From Butyrivibrio sp. (GTDB lineage Bacteria > Bacillota > Clostridia > Lachnospirales > Lachnospiraceae), in NCBI GenBank assembly GCA_045542375.1, contig JAZQKW010000057.1, positions 1-50,350 of the forward strand: DNA of 50,350 nt. Reading direction: 5' to 3'. Position 1 is the first letter of the stretch, and each line of letters opens with the position of its first letter. The translations under genes and the position numbers were made by a program. Below are positions 1 through 9,392 of this stretch, piece after piece. The notes below the pieces were generated by a model. The model saw nothing but the letters and a program-made list of their open reading frames with translations. It ran no database searches and was not told the DNA's origin.

Positions 1-47
1 TTCACACAACTTTCACATAATAATCTATGGGAAATCCTTCCTAGTGG

Positions 48-76
48 TTGACCTTTAAGCCATATTTTTTTATAAT
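48..76 (+). promoter_or_regulatory. sigma-A type promoter for hydrolase/cohesin operon
   Basis: TTGACC (48-53), 17 bp spacer, TATAAT (71-76); AAAGGA RBS before ATG 110. Confidence 0.7.
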
Positions 77-109
77 AAATCAGTAATTATACATGAAAAG
101 GATAATAAG

Positions 110-2683
110 ATGATAAAATCGTACAAAGACACATACAGAAGAATATTAGCGTTCCTTCTCGCAGTGGTTATGTCGATTAGTATCATCTCAGTTCATAAAA
201 TTATCGAAGCCAGTGCTAATGCAGATTTTCAGGCGACACTTGAAAGTTTTCCTGTATCATACAGGCCTTACATATCAGCGCTTCACGAGAAATATCCCGG
301 TTGGAAATTTGAACCTGTTAATACGGGGCTTGAATGGTCTGAGGTAATTAAGAATGAGATGGTTCTGTCGAGAAACCTTGTGCCGTACTATTCTCTGACA
401 GTGGGCGGAGTTCCTACGAGAATGACTCTTAAAGGAGTTGATAAGTCGGAGACAGGTGGAGAATATTGGTACTATACACCGACATCGTGGAAAGAAACGG
501 AAATGAATGGTTCTTACAACTGGGCAGGCAATGACTGGGTTAGATTTGACAGCGGATGGGCACAGGCGTCTAAGGTAGCAGTGGAATATATTATGGACCC
601 TCGTAATTGGATTAATGATACAAGCATTTTTATGTTTGAGAAGCTCAGTTATGATTCCACAACTCAGACACAGGCAATTCTTAAGAAGATGATGGATGAT
701 ACATTTATGGATTGCGATTACGCCAAGGTTCCCGGCAGTAATAACAAGACCTATGCAGATGTGCTTATTGAAGCAGCCAATACATATAATGTTAATCCTA
801 TAAGCTTGTGTACAAGAATTATTCAGGAAAAAGGACGAGGCACATATAATGCCACTACTAAAATATATGAATTAAAGGATACATTGGGAAGCGGAGTATC
901 AAGCAGCGATGGAGGTAATACCTTCCACCCTAAGAAAGATGGAGAGACTGCGTACTATAATTTCTTTAATATAGGAGCGAGTGGAACAGGTAATCAGGTA
1001 ATTATTAATAATGGCGGTAAGGAAGCCATGAAGGAAGGGTGGACATCACCATATCTGGCAATCCTCGGCGGTTCACGAAAGTTTGTATCAGGATATATTG
1101 CAATTGGGCAGGATACTTTGTATTTTCAGAAATTCAGTGTAGTTAATGAGAAATATCTGTACTGGAAGCAGTATATGCAGAATCTTTTGGCACCTGTTAA
1201 CGAAGGATATACGGTAATGAATGCGTATAAGAATTCAGGCATGATAGATTCATCATTTACTTTTAGAATTCCTGTATATAAGAATATGCCTGAGTCGGTA
1301 TGCAAGCGTCCGGAACCAACCTATGAAACAGGTAATCCTAACTACAAATTGTCAGGAATATCTGTAAAAGGAACGGATTTGTTCGGAAATACTCAGAACA
1401 TATCAATTACACCTACTTTTAATATGGATACGGATACATACAGTATTGTAATTCCATATGCAGTTAATAAGATTAATATTAGCGCAAGTTCAATATCGGA
1501 TAAAGCGAAGATTGAAGGAACGGGAGCATTTGATGTTCCTGTTGGAACGAATACATACCGGATAAAATGTACATCTGAAATTGGGACTTCCAAAATATAT
1601 AACCTTAACATAACAAGGTCAGCAGGAAGTACTCTTTTCAAGGATATTACAACCACATCCGGAGGATTTACCAAGCCTTTTGATAAGCTTGTAACGGAAT
1701 ACGAGAAGTATGTAGGTTATGATATAGAGAAGCTTCAGTTAAATCTTACTACAGAAACGGATTATGCCAAGGTTGTACTTATAAATACGGACCTTGTATA
1801 TAATGATTTAATTGAGGAAGAGACAACGCCGGAAGAGACAACACCATCGGAGACAACAACACCGTCGGAGACAACAACACCATCGGAGACAACGACCCCG
1901 ACAGAGACAACAACACCGTCGGAGACAACGACCCCGTCAGAGACAACAACACCGTCAGAGACAACAACACCATCGGAGACGACAACACCGTCAGAGACGA
2001 CAACACCATCAGAGACAACAACTCCACAGGAGACCACTACTGCTGAACCTGAAACTGAGACAGAGACATTTGCAGTATCTGAGTCAGGAATTTCTCATAA
2101 GGTGTATGACAGATATACGGTTAAGAATGGTGTTACTCCTGAAATATATCTTTCAGAGGGAGAAAATATCATAACGATAGAAGTGTATCCTTCAGCAGAT
2201 GATGAGACCACCAAAACAACATATATTCTCAAAATTTTCAGATATGGTAATACAGAATATGATCTTAAGGATGTTCAGATAAAAGATAATCTTGCGTATA
2301 ATTTTGTTGTAGGAGATACCGTTAAGAAGACACTTGATAAGATGAAGGTTACCAACGGAAGAATAGAGATTCTTGATAAGGATGGTAAGGTAAAGGCATC
2401 GGATGCACTTATTGCAACCGGTGATAAGTTAAAGATATATGACAGAAACGGTTACTGTATGCTTACTTACGATGTTGTGATATACGGAGACGTAAGTGGA
2501 GATGGTAAGTTGGACGTATTTGATTTTGCATATGTAAGAAAACTTATTATCAAAAATACAGGTCTAAGCGGCATATATCTTGAAGCAGCCAATGTTAATA
2601 AGCAGTCTGAGAATGTAGATATATTTGATTTTGCTACAATAAGAAGATTTATTATCAAGGGCGTTGCAATTGAACAGAAATAA
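110..2683 (+). CDS. Secreted peptidoglycan hydrolase (glucosaminidase/GH73-like) with cadherin-like beta-sandwich domains and C-terminal type I dockerin
   Basis: Signal peptide; RIIQEKG, YYNFFNIGA, GQDTLYFQKF and QYMQN motifs of beta-N-acetylglucosaminidase-like autolysins; NYKLSGI...TPTFNMDTDTY cadherin-like repeat; duplicated Ca-loop GDVSGDGKLDVFD / ANVNKQSENVDIFD dockerin. Confidence 0.75.
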   Translation: MIKSYKDTYRRILAFLLAVVMSISIISVHKIIEASANADFQATLESFPVSYRPYISALHEKYPGWKFEPVNTGLEWSEVIKNEMVLSRNLVPYYSLTVGGVPTRMTLKGVDKSETGGEYWYYTPTSWKETEMNGSYNWAGNDWVRFDSGWAQASKVAVEYIMDPRNWINDTSIFMFEKLSYDSTTQTQAILKKMMDDTFMDCDYAKVPGSNNKTYADVLIEAANTYNVNPISLCTRIIQEKGRGTYNATTKIYELKDTLGSGVSSSDGGNTFHPKKDGETAYYNFFNIGASGTGNQVIINNGGKEAMKEGWTSPYLAILGGSRKFVSGYIAIGQDTLYFQKFSVVNEKYLYWKQYMQNLLAPVNEGYTVMNAYKNSGMIDSSFTFRIPVYKNMPESVCKRPEPTYETGNPNYKLSGISVKGTDLFGNTQNISITPTFNMDTDTYSIVIPYAVNKINISASSISDKAKIEGTGAFDVPVGTNTYRIKCTSEIGTSKIYNLNITRSAGSTLFKDITTTSGGFTKPFDKLVTEYEKYVGYDIEKLQLNLTTETDYAKVVLINTDLVYNDLIEEETTPEETTPSETTTPSETTTPSETTTPTETTTPSETTTPSETTTPSETTTPSETTTPSETTTPSETTTPQETTTAEPETETETFAVSESGISHKVYDRYTVKNGVTPEIYLSEGENIITIEVYPSADDETTKTTYILKIFRYGNTEYDLKDVQIKDNLAYNFVVGDTVKKTLDKMKVTNGRIEILDKDGKVKASDALIATGDKLKIYDRNGYCMLTYDVVIYGDVSGDGKLDVFDFAYVRKLIIKNTGLSGIYLEAANVNKQSENVDIFDFATIRRFIIKGVAIEQK
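1850..2029 (+). repeat. 10 x 18-bp coding tandem repeat (ETTTPS)
   Basis: Units GAGACAACAACACCGTCG and synonymous variants, contiguous and in frame. Confidence 0.95.
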
Positions 2684-2698
2684 ACGGAGGTATAAAAG

Positions 2699-4372
2699 AT
2701 GTTAAAGAATAAAATAAAAATACTTGTAATGGGTCTGCTAAGTCTTGTTATGGTTTTTGGTATATTTTTTGTGCCTCATAAGACTTATGCGGCAGCAGGT
2801 TCAATATCAGTAACTGCCAGCGCAGGAGAAATAATTGCCGGAAATACAATTACAGTTACGGTAAAATTAAGTAACCCGGCAGGTATTGCATATTCAAAAT
2901 TTGAACTTACCTACGACAGCAATATTTTTGCCTATGTAAGCGGAGCAGATGGAGCAGGATATAACGGAGTAATTCCTTTTGAAGTAGTAGGTGGCGGTAC
3001 TGAACAGACTGATTACACATGGACAATTACTTTTAAAGCTAACCAGACAGGAACATGTAATTTTAAAACTGTGGGACATCAGTTCATTGATACGGATGTT
3101 AATGAATTCTCCCCAAGTCTTGGCTCGGCATCAGTTAAGGTATGGGCTGTGGGCTCAGATGATGCAACCCTCAGCAATATTCAGATTGGCGGGGCAACAC
3201 TTTCACCGGCATTTGCCAAGTGGACCTTGGATTATACCTGCTATGTAGGAAACGGAGTTACCTCAGTAACTATTTCAGCTCCAAGCTCACAGGGTGGAAA
3301 GGTAGAGATAGCAGGTAATTATACTAATCTTGCAGTAGGAAATAACTATATAACAATTAAGTCTCACGCTCCTAACGGAAAAGTGATGACATACAAGGTT
3401 AATATATTCAGGCTTGAACCACCAACAGAACCACCGACACCGGCACCAACAGAGCCGCCAACAGAACCACCGGCAGATATTGCAATCAAGATTGATGGTG
3501 TGGAATATAATGTATCATCGGATTATTCTCAGGATATAATACCTCAGGGCTTTTATGTGGATCTTGATACATATAATGGTAAGGATGTAATGGTGGCAAA
3601 AAATGATGCCATGGGACTTACCCTTATGTATCTTGTAGACAGTGAAGGGAACGGAGAGTTTTATATCTATGATGGTAACAATTTCTACAGATATGTAGTG
3701 ATTAAATCCATAAATGGTTCATATATAGTATACGACAGCAGAAAAGCAGGGACAGGTCTTGAAGGAACAGAAAGCGATATGATGATTGGTGAACAGATTA
3801 TCAGAGGCTATCAGGACGTTGTTAATAAGGATTTCGTATATTTTTACGGAATGAATTCTGCAAAAGAATTTGGCTGGTATTCGTATGACCTTAAAGATAA
3901 TAGTATACAGAGAATGAATGTTCCAACTTTTGAGGAACCGACTGTAGAGGAAGAGACAACACCATCTGAGACAATACCTTCTGAGACAACACCGGAAAAG
4001 GAAACAACTTCTGTAATCAGACAGAATAAGAGTAATATATTCAGTTTCAGAAATATTTTTCTTGTAACTACAATAGGACTTCTTGTTGTTGTAACTGTTC
4101 TTCTTATCTATATGGGATGTACAAGAAAGAAAAATGATACCGTAGATGAGGAAGAGGAAATCGAAGAGGAAATTGTTAACGCAGAGATGGCGGGAACAGT
4201 TGAAACTGTAAAAGAGGAACCGGAAAGTGATGAATCTGTTACGGAAGAGGAGAAAATAGCCTTTGACGCTGAAGCAGAAAAACTTGCAGAGCATATCAGA
4301 GAAGAGGTTGCCAAAATCGAAGATGAAGAGGCAATAGAAATGCTTTACGTTAATAAAGATAAGGATAAATAA
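2699..4372 (+). CDS. Membrane-anchored cohesin + cadherin-like domain protein
   Basis: Signal peptide ending TYAA; cohesin-like N-terminal domain (AGNTITVTVKLSN...FELTYDSNIFAYVS); DATLSNIQI...LSPAF cadherin-like domain; PT-rich linker; C-terminal TM helix (IFLVTTIGLLVVVTVLLIYM), then RKK and an acidic tail. Confidence 0.7.
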   Translation: MLKNKIKILVMGLLSLVMVFGIFFVPHKTYAAAGSISVTASAGEIIAGNTITVTVKLSNPAGIAYSKFELTYDSNIFAYVSGADGAGYNGVIPFEVVGGGTEQTDYTWTITFKANQTGTCNFKTVGHQFIDTDVNEFSPSLGSASVKVWAVGSDDATLSNIQIGGATLSPAFAKWTLDYTCYVGNGVTSVTISAPSSQGGKVEIAGNYTNLAVGNNYITIKSHAPNGKVMTYKVNIFRLEPPTEPPTPAPTEPPTEPPADIAIKIDGVEYNVSSDYSQDIIPQGFYVDLDTYNGKDVMVAKNDAMGLTLMYLVDSEGNGEFYIYDGNNFYRYVVIKSINGSYIVYDSRKAGTGLEGTESDMMIGEQIIRGYQDVVNKDFVYFYGMNSAKEFGWYSYDLKDNSIQRMNVPTFEEPTVEEETTPSETIPSETTPEKETTSVIRQNKSNIFSFRNIFLVTTIGLLVVVTVLLIYMGCTRKKNDTVDEEEEIEEEIVNAEMAGTVETVKEEPESDESVTEEEKIAFDAEAEKLAEHIREEVAKIEDEEAIEMLYVNKDKDK

Positions 4373-4379
4373 ACACATG

Positions 4380-4420
4380 GACGCAGGATAAAATAATTGA
4401 TTTTCCTGCGTCTATTTGTT
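4380..4420 (+). terminator. Probable intrinsic terminator
   Basis: GACGCAGGA...TCCTGCGTC stem followed by a T-rich tract. Confidence 0.55.
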
Positions 4421-4439
4421 ATAGTATATGTATAACAAA
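4397..4439 (+). promoter_or_regulatory. sigma-A promoter overlapped by palindromic operator
   Basis: TTGATT-17-TATAGT with extended TG; perfect inverted repeat TTTGTTATA-N7-TATAACAAA (4415-4439) over the -10. Confidence 0.6.
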
Positions 4440-4455
4440 ACGAGAAGGTGTAAGT

Positions 4456-4830
4456 ATGGTTTTCAGAATTGATTTTAATAGTGAAGAAGCGCTCTATTCT
4501 CAGCTGTGCAGGCAGATTATTATGAGTATTGCCAGTGATGAGATACGAGAAGGTGATTCGCTTCCATCTGTAAGACAGCTTGCTGATGAGATAGGAATTA
4601 ATATGCATACGGTTAATAAGGCATATACTATTTTAAGGCAGGAAGGATATATTAAGTTAGATAGAAGAAGGGGAGCGATTATTGCCCTTGATGTGGACAG
4701 ATTGGAAGCTATGGCTGAATTGTCAGCAGAGCTTCGTTATGTAATTGCCAAGGCAATGTGCAGAAATGTATCGCCTACGGAAATCCATGCTCTCGTAGAC
4801 GAGATAATTGGTGATTTCGGCATAAACTGA
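4456..4830 (+). CDS. GntR family (YtrA-like) transcriptional regulator
   Basis: LYSQL...EGDSLPSVRQLADEIGINMHTVNKAYTILRQEG winged HTH; short 124-aa protein. Confidence 0.9.
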   Translation: MVFRIDFNSEEALYSQLCRQIIMSIASDEIREGDSLPSVRQLADEIGINMHTVNKAYTILRQEGYIKLDRRRGAIIALDVDRLEAMAELSAELRYVIAKAMCRNVSPTEIHALVDEIIGDFGIN

Positions 4831-4849
4831 TAGAACGGAGGCATAATTT

Positions 4850-5407
4850 ATGTTGTGTGAAAAATGTAATACTAATCCCGCAACCATTCATTATACGAAA
4901 GTAATTGGCGGAGATAAGACGGAATATCATCTGTGTACCAAGTGCGCCAGAGAGGTTACGGAAGGTTCGGGATATGGCAGGATTTTACCGGAGGACAATG
5001 AGATATCCAAGCTTTTGTCCTGGGTTTTTGGCGGAGCGGTAGGCAATGATGAGGAACAGGAGGATCCGGCATATGAGATAACCTGTCCGTGCTGCGGAAT
5101 GACATATGGTGATTTTGTAAAGCAGTCCAGATTTGGATGTCGTGACTGCTATGATGTGTTTGGGCTGTTAATATCTGATAAGATTAAGAAGATACACGGC
5201 AGTGATACCCATGTTGGTAAGAAGCCTAAGCAGATGAAGTATGACAGGATGGAGATAACGGAAGAGAATATTACTGCGGAGGACAGAATTAATATTCTTA
5301 AGAAGAAGCTTAAGGAGGCTGTTCTTATGGAAGATTTTGAAGAAGCAGCCAGATTAAGGGACGAGATTAATGCCCTTAAGGAAGATGGGGGTAAGGTACA
5401 TGAATAA
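4850..5407 (+). CDS. mcsA: McsA, activator of McsB
   Basis: Four CxxC motifs, C-terminal UVR motif (EDFEEAARLRDEI), position before mcsB-clpC. Confidence 0.92.
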   Translation: MLCEKCNTNPATIHYTKVIGGDKTEYHLCTKCAREVTEGSGYGRILPEDNEISKLLSWVFGGAVGNDEEQEDPAYEITCPCCGMTYGDFVKQSRFGCRDCYDVFGLLISDKIKKIHGSDTHVGKKPKQMKYDRMEITEENITAEDRINILKKKLKEAVLMEDFEEAARLRDEINALKEDGGKVHE

Positions 5408-6428
5408 ATGGTATGATATATCAGGGAAGAATGATGATGTAGTTGTTGCAAGCAGAATCAGACTTGCCAGAAATTTTAATGATTATGTATACTCAGGAAC
5501 TCTTGGAAAGGATGTTTCAGACCAGATGATTCAGGCCGTGACTAAAGGGTTCAGGTCAGAATATCCGAAAGGATATAATTATTTTTACACAGGCAACTGT
5601 GATAGTATTGACAAGCAGTCCCTTAAAGAGAAGATGTTAATTAATGACTATCTTGCAGGAAGAGATGATGGAGCGGCAATAATATCAGAGGATGAGTCAG
5701 TTTCTATTCTTCTTAATGCAGAGGACCATGTAAGAATCCAGGTAATAAGAAGCGGAATGAATATGGCGGAATGCTATAACGTGGCGAATGAGATTGATGA
5801 CTATCTTGATGGCAGGTTTGACTATGCATTCGATGAGAAATATGGATATAAAACAACATATCCGACCAACATTGGAACCGGGCTAAGAGCCAGTTATATT
5901 CTTCATCTGCCGTCGCTAAGGGATGCAAGAAAGCTTAGTCATATAAGTACTGAGCTTGGACGGTTTGGAATGAAGTTCAAGCCTGTATTTACAGAAGGAA
6001 ATGGACAGGGCGGAGCTTTTTACAGAATATCAACCCAGAGAAGTATAGGTCTTAGTGAGAAAGAGATAATCAAGGACCTTGATGATATGGTATACCGTCT
6101 GATTAATCAGGAAAGAGAGCAGAGAGAGGCTTTTTATTCTACGAACAGAATTCAGATGGAAGATGAAGTGTATAAGTCATATGGAGTAATGAAATATGCC
6201 CGCAGACTATCTTTTAAGGATGCTTTAATGCTTATATCTGTACTTAAGCAGGGCATGGCACTTGGAATTCTGAAATTTAGGGACGGTACAGAATATAATA
6301 CTATCAAAATGATAATGGAGATAATGCCGTCTGTTATTGCAAAAAGGGCAGGCAGAACACTTTCGTCTGAGGAAACAGAGATAGAAAGGGCAACATATAT
6401 CAGGGATAATTCCCCTGAAATTGTATGA
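5400..6428 (+). CDS. mcsB: McsB protein-arginine kinase homolog (divergent active site)
   Basis: SRIRLARN, EDHVRIQ and PTNIGTGLRAS guanido-phosphotransferase motifs; likely start ATG 5400 (MNKW) overlapping mcsA end. Confidence 0.88.
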   Translation: MNKWYDISGKNDDVVVASRIRLARNFNDYVYSGTLGKDVSDQMIQAVTKGFRSEYPKGYNYFYTGNCDSIDKQSLKEKMLINDYLAGRDDGAAIISEDESVSILLNAEDHVRIQVIRSGMNMAECYNVANEIDDYLDGRFDYAFDEKYGYKTTYPTNIGTGLRASYILHLPSLRDARKLSHISTELGRFGMKFKPVFTEGNGQGGAFYRISTQRSIGLSEKEIIKDLDDMVYRLINQEREQREAFYSTNRIQMEDEVYKSYGVMKYARRLSFKDALMLISVLKQGMALGILKFRDGTEYNTIKMIMEIMPSVIAKRAGRTLSSEETEIERATYIRDNSPEIV

Positions 6429-6443
6429 TGGAGGAAATATATA

Positions 6444-8888
6444 ATGCAGAGTGGATTTACCGAAAAAGCAGAACTTGCTTTACAATATGCGGCTGAGGCA
6501 GCATTTGAATTACAACACAATAATATAGGCTCAGAGCATATTTTGCTTGGACTTTTAAGAGTAGAGGATTGCGTGGCAAGTGTTGTACTTATGGACAACG
6601 GAGTTGAAGAGGAGAAAATATTAGAGTCCATAAGTGACCTTATTAAGAGCACATATCCTGTTAAGGAAAAGGGAACATATACACCGAGAGCAATGAGAAT
6701 ACTGGAGAATGCCAGACGTGAGGCAAAGCGTTTTGGTAGTGACCTTATTGGAACAGAGCATATACTTATAGGTATGCTTAAGGAAGTGGATTGTGTAGCT
6801 ACAAGACTTATTTCAATACTTGGATGCAAGATTCAGAAACTGTATGTGGACATCCTTAATGCCATGGGTGAGGATGGAAATGCTCATAAGGATGAGATTA
6901 CGGGACAAGGCTCCAAGAAGAAGAAGTCCAAGACCGCCACACTTGAACAGTACAGCAGGGATTTGACAGAGATGGCAGCAACAGGAAAGCTTGACCCTGT
7001 TATAGGAAGAGAAGCAGAGATTCAGCGTCTTATACAGATAAGCAGCAGAAGAACCAAGAATAACCCATGTCTGATTGGTGAGCCGGGCGTTGGTAAGACA
7101 GCGGTGGTTGAAGGTCTTGCAATTAAGATTGCAGAGGGTAATGTACCGGACACAATTAAGAATAAAAGATTACTTACCCTTGATCTGGCAGGGATGGTAG
7201 CTGGATCAAAATATCGTGGAGAATTTGAAGAACGAATTAAGAAGATAATCGCAGAGGTTAAGACATCTGGAGACGTGATTTTATTTATTGACGAGCTTCA
7301 TACTATAATTGGCGCAGGAGGTGCAGAGGGTGCAATTGATGCATCCAATATTTTGAAACCATCTCTTGCAAGAGGAGAGGTTCAGATAATCGGCGCAACT
7401 ACCGTAGACGAGTATCGTAAGCACATTGAAAAGGATGCAGCACTGGAGAGACGTTTTCAGCCGGTTGAGGTGAAAGAACCAACTAGGGAAGAAGCAGTTG
7501 CAATATTAAAGGGACTTAGAAAGCCTTATGAAAGTCATCACGGTGTAACTATCACAGACCAGGCTATAGAGGCTGCGGTGAAATTGTCCATAAGATATAT
7601 TAATGACAGATTTTTGCCTGATAAAGCAATTGATTTGATTGATGAAGCATCTTCAAAAGCAAGGCTTGGAACCTATGTGAAGCCTGAAGAAATTGTTAAG
7701 ATTGAAGAGGAAATAGAGAAATTAAGCAAAGAAAAGGAAAATGCCATTAAAGCAGAAGCCTATGAGAAGGCAGGAGAGATTAAGAAAAAACAGATTAAGA
7801 AGAAGGAAAAGCTTGAAAAGCTTAACGCTAAATGGCAGAAAACCAAGGAAAGCAGCAATCTAATTGTGGACGAGGATGAGATTGCATCCGTTGTGGCTGA
7901 CTGGACCAAAATTCCTGTTAAGAGGCTCACTATGGGAGAATCAGAACAGCTTATGAAGTTAGAGGAGACTCTTCATGAGAGAGTTGTATCTCAGGATGAG
8001 GCAGTTGTAGCTATTTCCAAGGCAATCAGACGAGGCAGAGTAGGACTTAAGGATCCTAAGCGTCCAACAGGTTCATTCCTGTTCCTTGGACCAACAGGTG
8101 TTGGTAAAACTGAACTTTCAAAGGCACTGGCAGAGGCTATGTTTGGAACAGAAAATGCACTTATAAGAGTTGATATGTCCGAGTATATGGAGTCTCACAG
8201 TGTATCGAAGATGATAGGTTCTCCTCCGGGATATGTAGGATATAACGAAGGTGGTCAGCTAAGTGAAAAAGTAAGGCGTAATCCATATTCGGTTGTTCTG
8301 TTTGACGAGATTGAAAAAGCTCATCCGGATGTGTTTAACGTATTACTGCAGGTACTTGATGATGGAATAATTACAGATTCTACAGGAAGAAAAGTAGATT
8401 TTAAGAATACAATTATTATTATGACCAGTAATGCAGGAGCCGAGAATATTGTTTCACCTAAGAATCTGGGATTTAATGCAGTATCAGATGAGGAACAGAA
8501 TCACACAAGAATGAAGACAAGAGTAATGGACGAGGTTAAGAAAATATTCCGTCCGGAATTCTTAAATCGTATTGACGATATGATTGTGTTCAGAATGCTT
8601 AACAAGGATGATATAGGTGCAATAGTTGACATAATGTTAAGGTCAATTAATGACAGAATCAGAGAACAGCTTAACATTAGCATTGAGTTAGATGATGAAG
8701 CTAAGAAATACATTGTTGATGCAGGATATGATGAAAAATATGGTGCAAGACCATTAAAGAGAGCAATCCAGACTGAGATTGAGGATGTGCTTGCAGAGGA
8801 GATTCTTGAGGGCAAAATCCGCACCGGTGACCATGTTATGGTAACAAGAAAAGACGATACAGAAAAACTTATATTTTCTGTAAAATAG
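6444..8888 (+). CDS. clpC: ATP-dependent Clp protease ATP-binding subunit ClpC
   Basis: Clp N-domain repeats, two Walker A motifs ([16 protein letters not shown]), UVR middle domain, GYVGY loop, NLGF ClpP-docking loop. Confidence 0.97.
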   Translation: MQSGFTEKAELALQYAAEAAFELQHNNIGSEHILLGLLRVEDCVASVVLMDNGVEEEKILESISDLIKSTYPVKEKGTYTPRAMRILENARREAKRFGSDLIGTEHILIGMLKEVDCVATRLISILGCKIQKLYVDILNAMGEDGNAHKDEITGQGSKKKKSKTATLEQYSRDLTEMAATGKLDPVIGREAEIQRLIQISSRRTKNNPCLIGEPGVGKTAVVEGLAIKIAEGNVPDTIKNKRLLTLDLAGMVAGSKYRGEFEERIKKIIAEVKTSGDVILFIDELHTIIGAGGAEGAIDASNILKPSLARGEVQIIGATTVDEYRKHIEKDAALERRFQPVEVKEPTREEAVAILKGLRKPYESHHGVTITDQAIEAAVKLSIRYINDRFLPDKAIDLIDEASSKARLGTYVKPEEIVKIEEEIEKLSKEKENAIKAEAYEKAGEIKKKQIKKKEKLEKLNAKWQKTKESSNLIVDEDEIASVVADWTKIPVKRLTMGESEQLMKLEETLHERVVSQDEAVVAISKAIRRGRVGLKDPKRPTGSFLFLGPTGVGKTELSKALAEAMFGTENALIRVDMSEYMESHSVSKMIGSPPGYVGYNEGGQLSEKVRRNPYSVVLFDEIEKAHPDVFNVLLQVLDDGIITDSTGRKVDFKNTIIIMTSNAGAENIVSPKNLGFNAVSDEEQNHTRMKTRVMDEVKKIFRPEFLNRIDDMIVFRMLNKDDIGAIVDIMLRSINDRIREQLNISIELDDEAKKYIVDAGYDEKYGARPLKRAIQTEIEDVLAEEILEGKIRTGDHVMVTRKDDTEKLIFSVK

Positions 8889-8968
8889 TGTGGAAAATCA
8901 GAACAAAATGTATTATAATGAGAACAATAGATTAATGTCAGAAAATATTATTCATAGGAGGAAAGATA

Positions 8969-9379
8969 ATGTCTGTTGTAGACGAATTAATTAACATTGA
9001 GGATGACGGCACAATAAGCTTCGGGAATTATCTTTTGAATGTCAAGACTAAGAAGGATAACGTAGAATATAACGGAGATATTTATAAAGTCAAGACATTT
9101 AATGAGATTACCAAGCTTGAGCGTAATGGAATGTTCGTGTATGAGTCAGTTCCTGGAACTACAGTTCACAACCTTGGGATTGCAGATGATAAGGTTGAGA
9201 TGAAGATAGAAGGTACTAAGGATTCCCAGATTACACTTGAACTTGAACCATCATCTGAATATAAGGTTTACATTGATGGTGTGACCATTGGAAATATTAA
9301 GACTAATATCAGTGGCAAGCTTATTTTCAGCGTTGAATTAGGAAGCAACGCAGTGAATGTTAAGATTGTTAAGATGTAA
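8969..9379 (+). CDS. Conserved hypothetical small beta-rich protein
   Basis: AGGAGG RBS, 136 aa, between clpC and radA; no catalytic motif recognised. Confidence 0.75.
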   Translation: MSVVDELINIEDDGTISFGNYLLNVKTKKDNVEYNGDIYKVKTFNEITKLERNGMFVYESVPGTTVHNLGIADDKVEMKIEGTKDSQITLELEPSSEYKVYIDGVTIGNIKTNISGKLIFSVELGSNAVNVKIVKM

Positions 9380-9392
9380 ATCGGAGTGATAT

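Noticed and set aside
1762-2174. Regular repeat array and alternative-frame ORFs (VVVSDG, RRQQHH repeats)
   Set aside because: Not CRISPR: the units are contiguous with no spacers and vary mainly at synonymous positions. The alternative ORFs are shadows of the ETTTPS coding repeat.
6426-6446. mcsB TGA is in frame with clpC (TGA TGG AGG AAA TAT ATA ATG), so readthrough would fuse them
   Set aside because: An in-frame arrangement arises by chance one time in three, and clpC has its own GGAGG RBS; no independent support.
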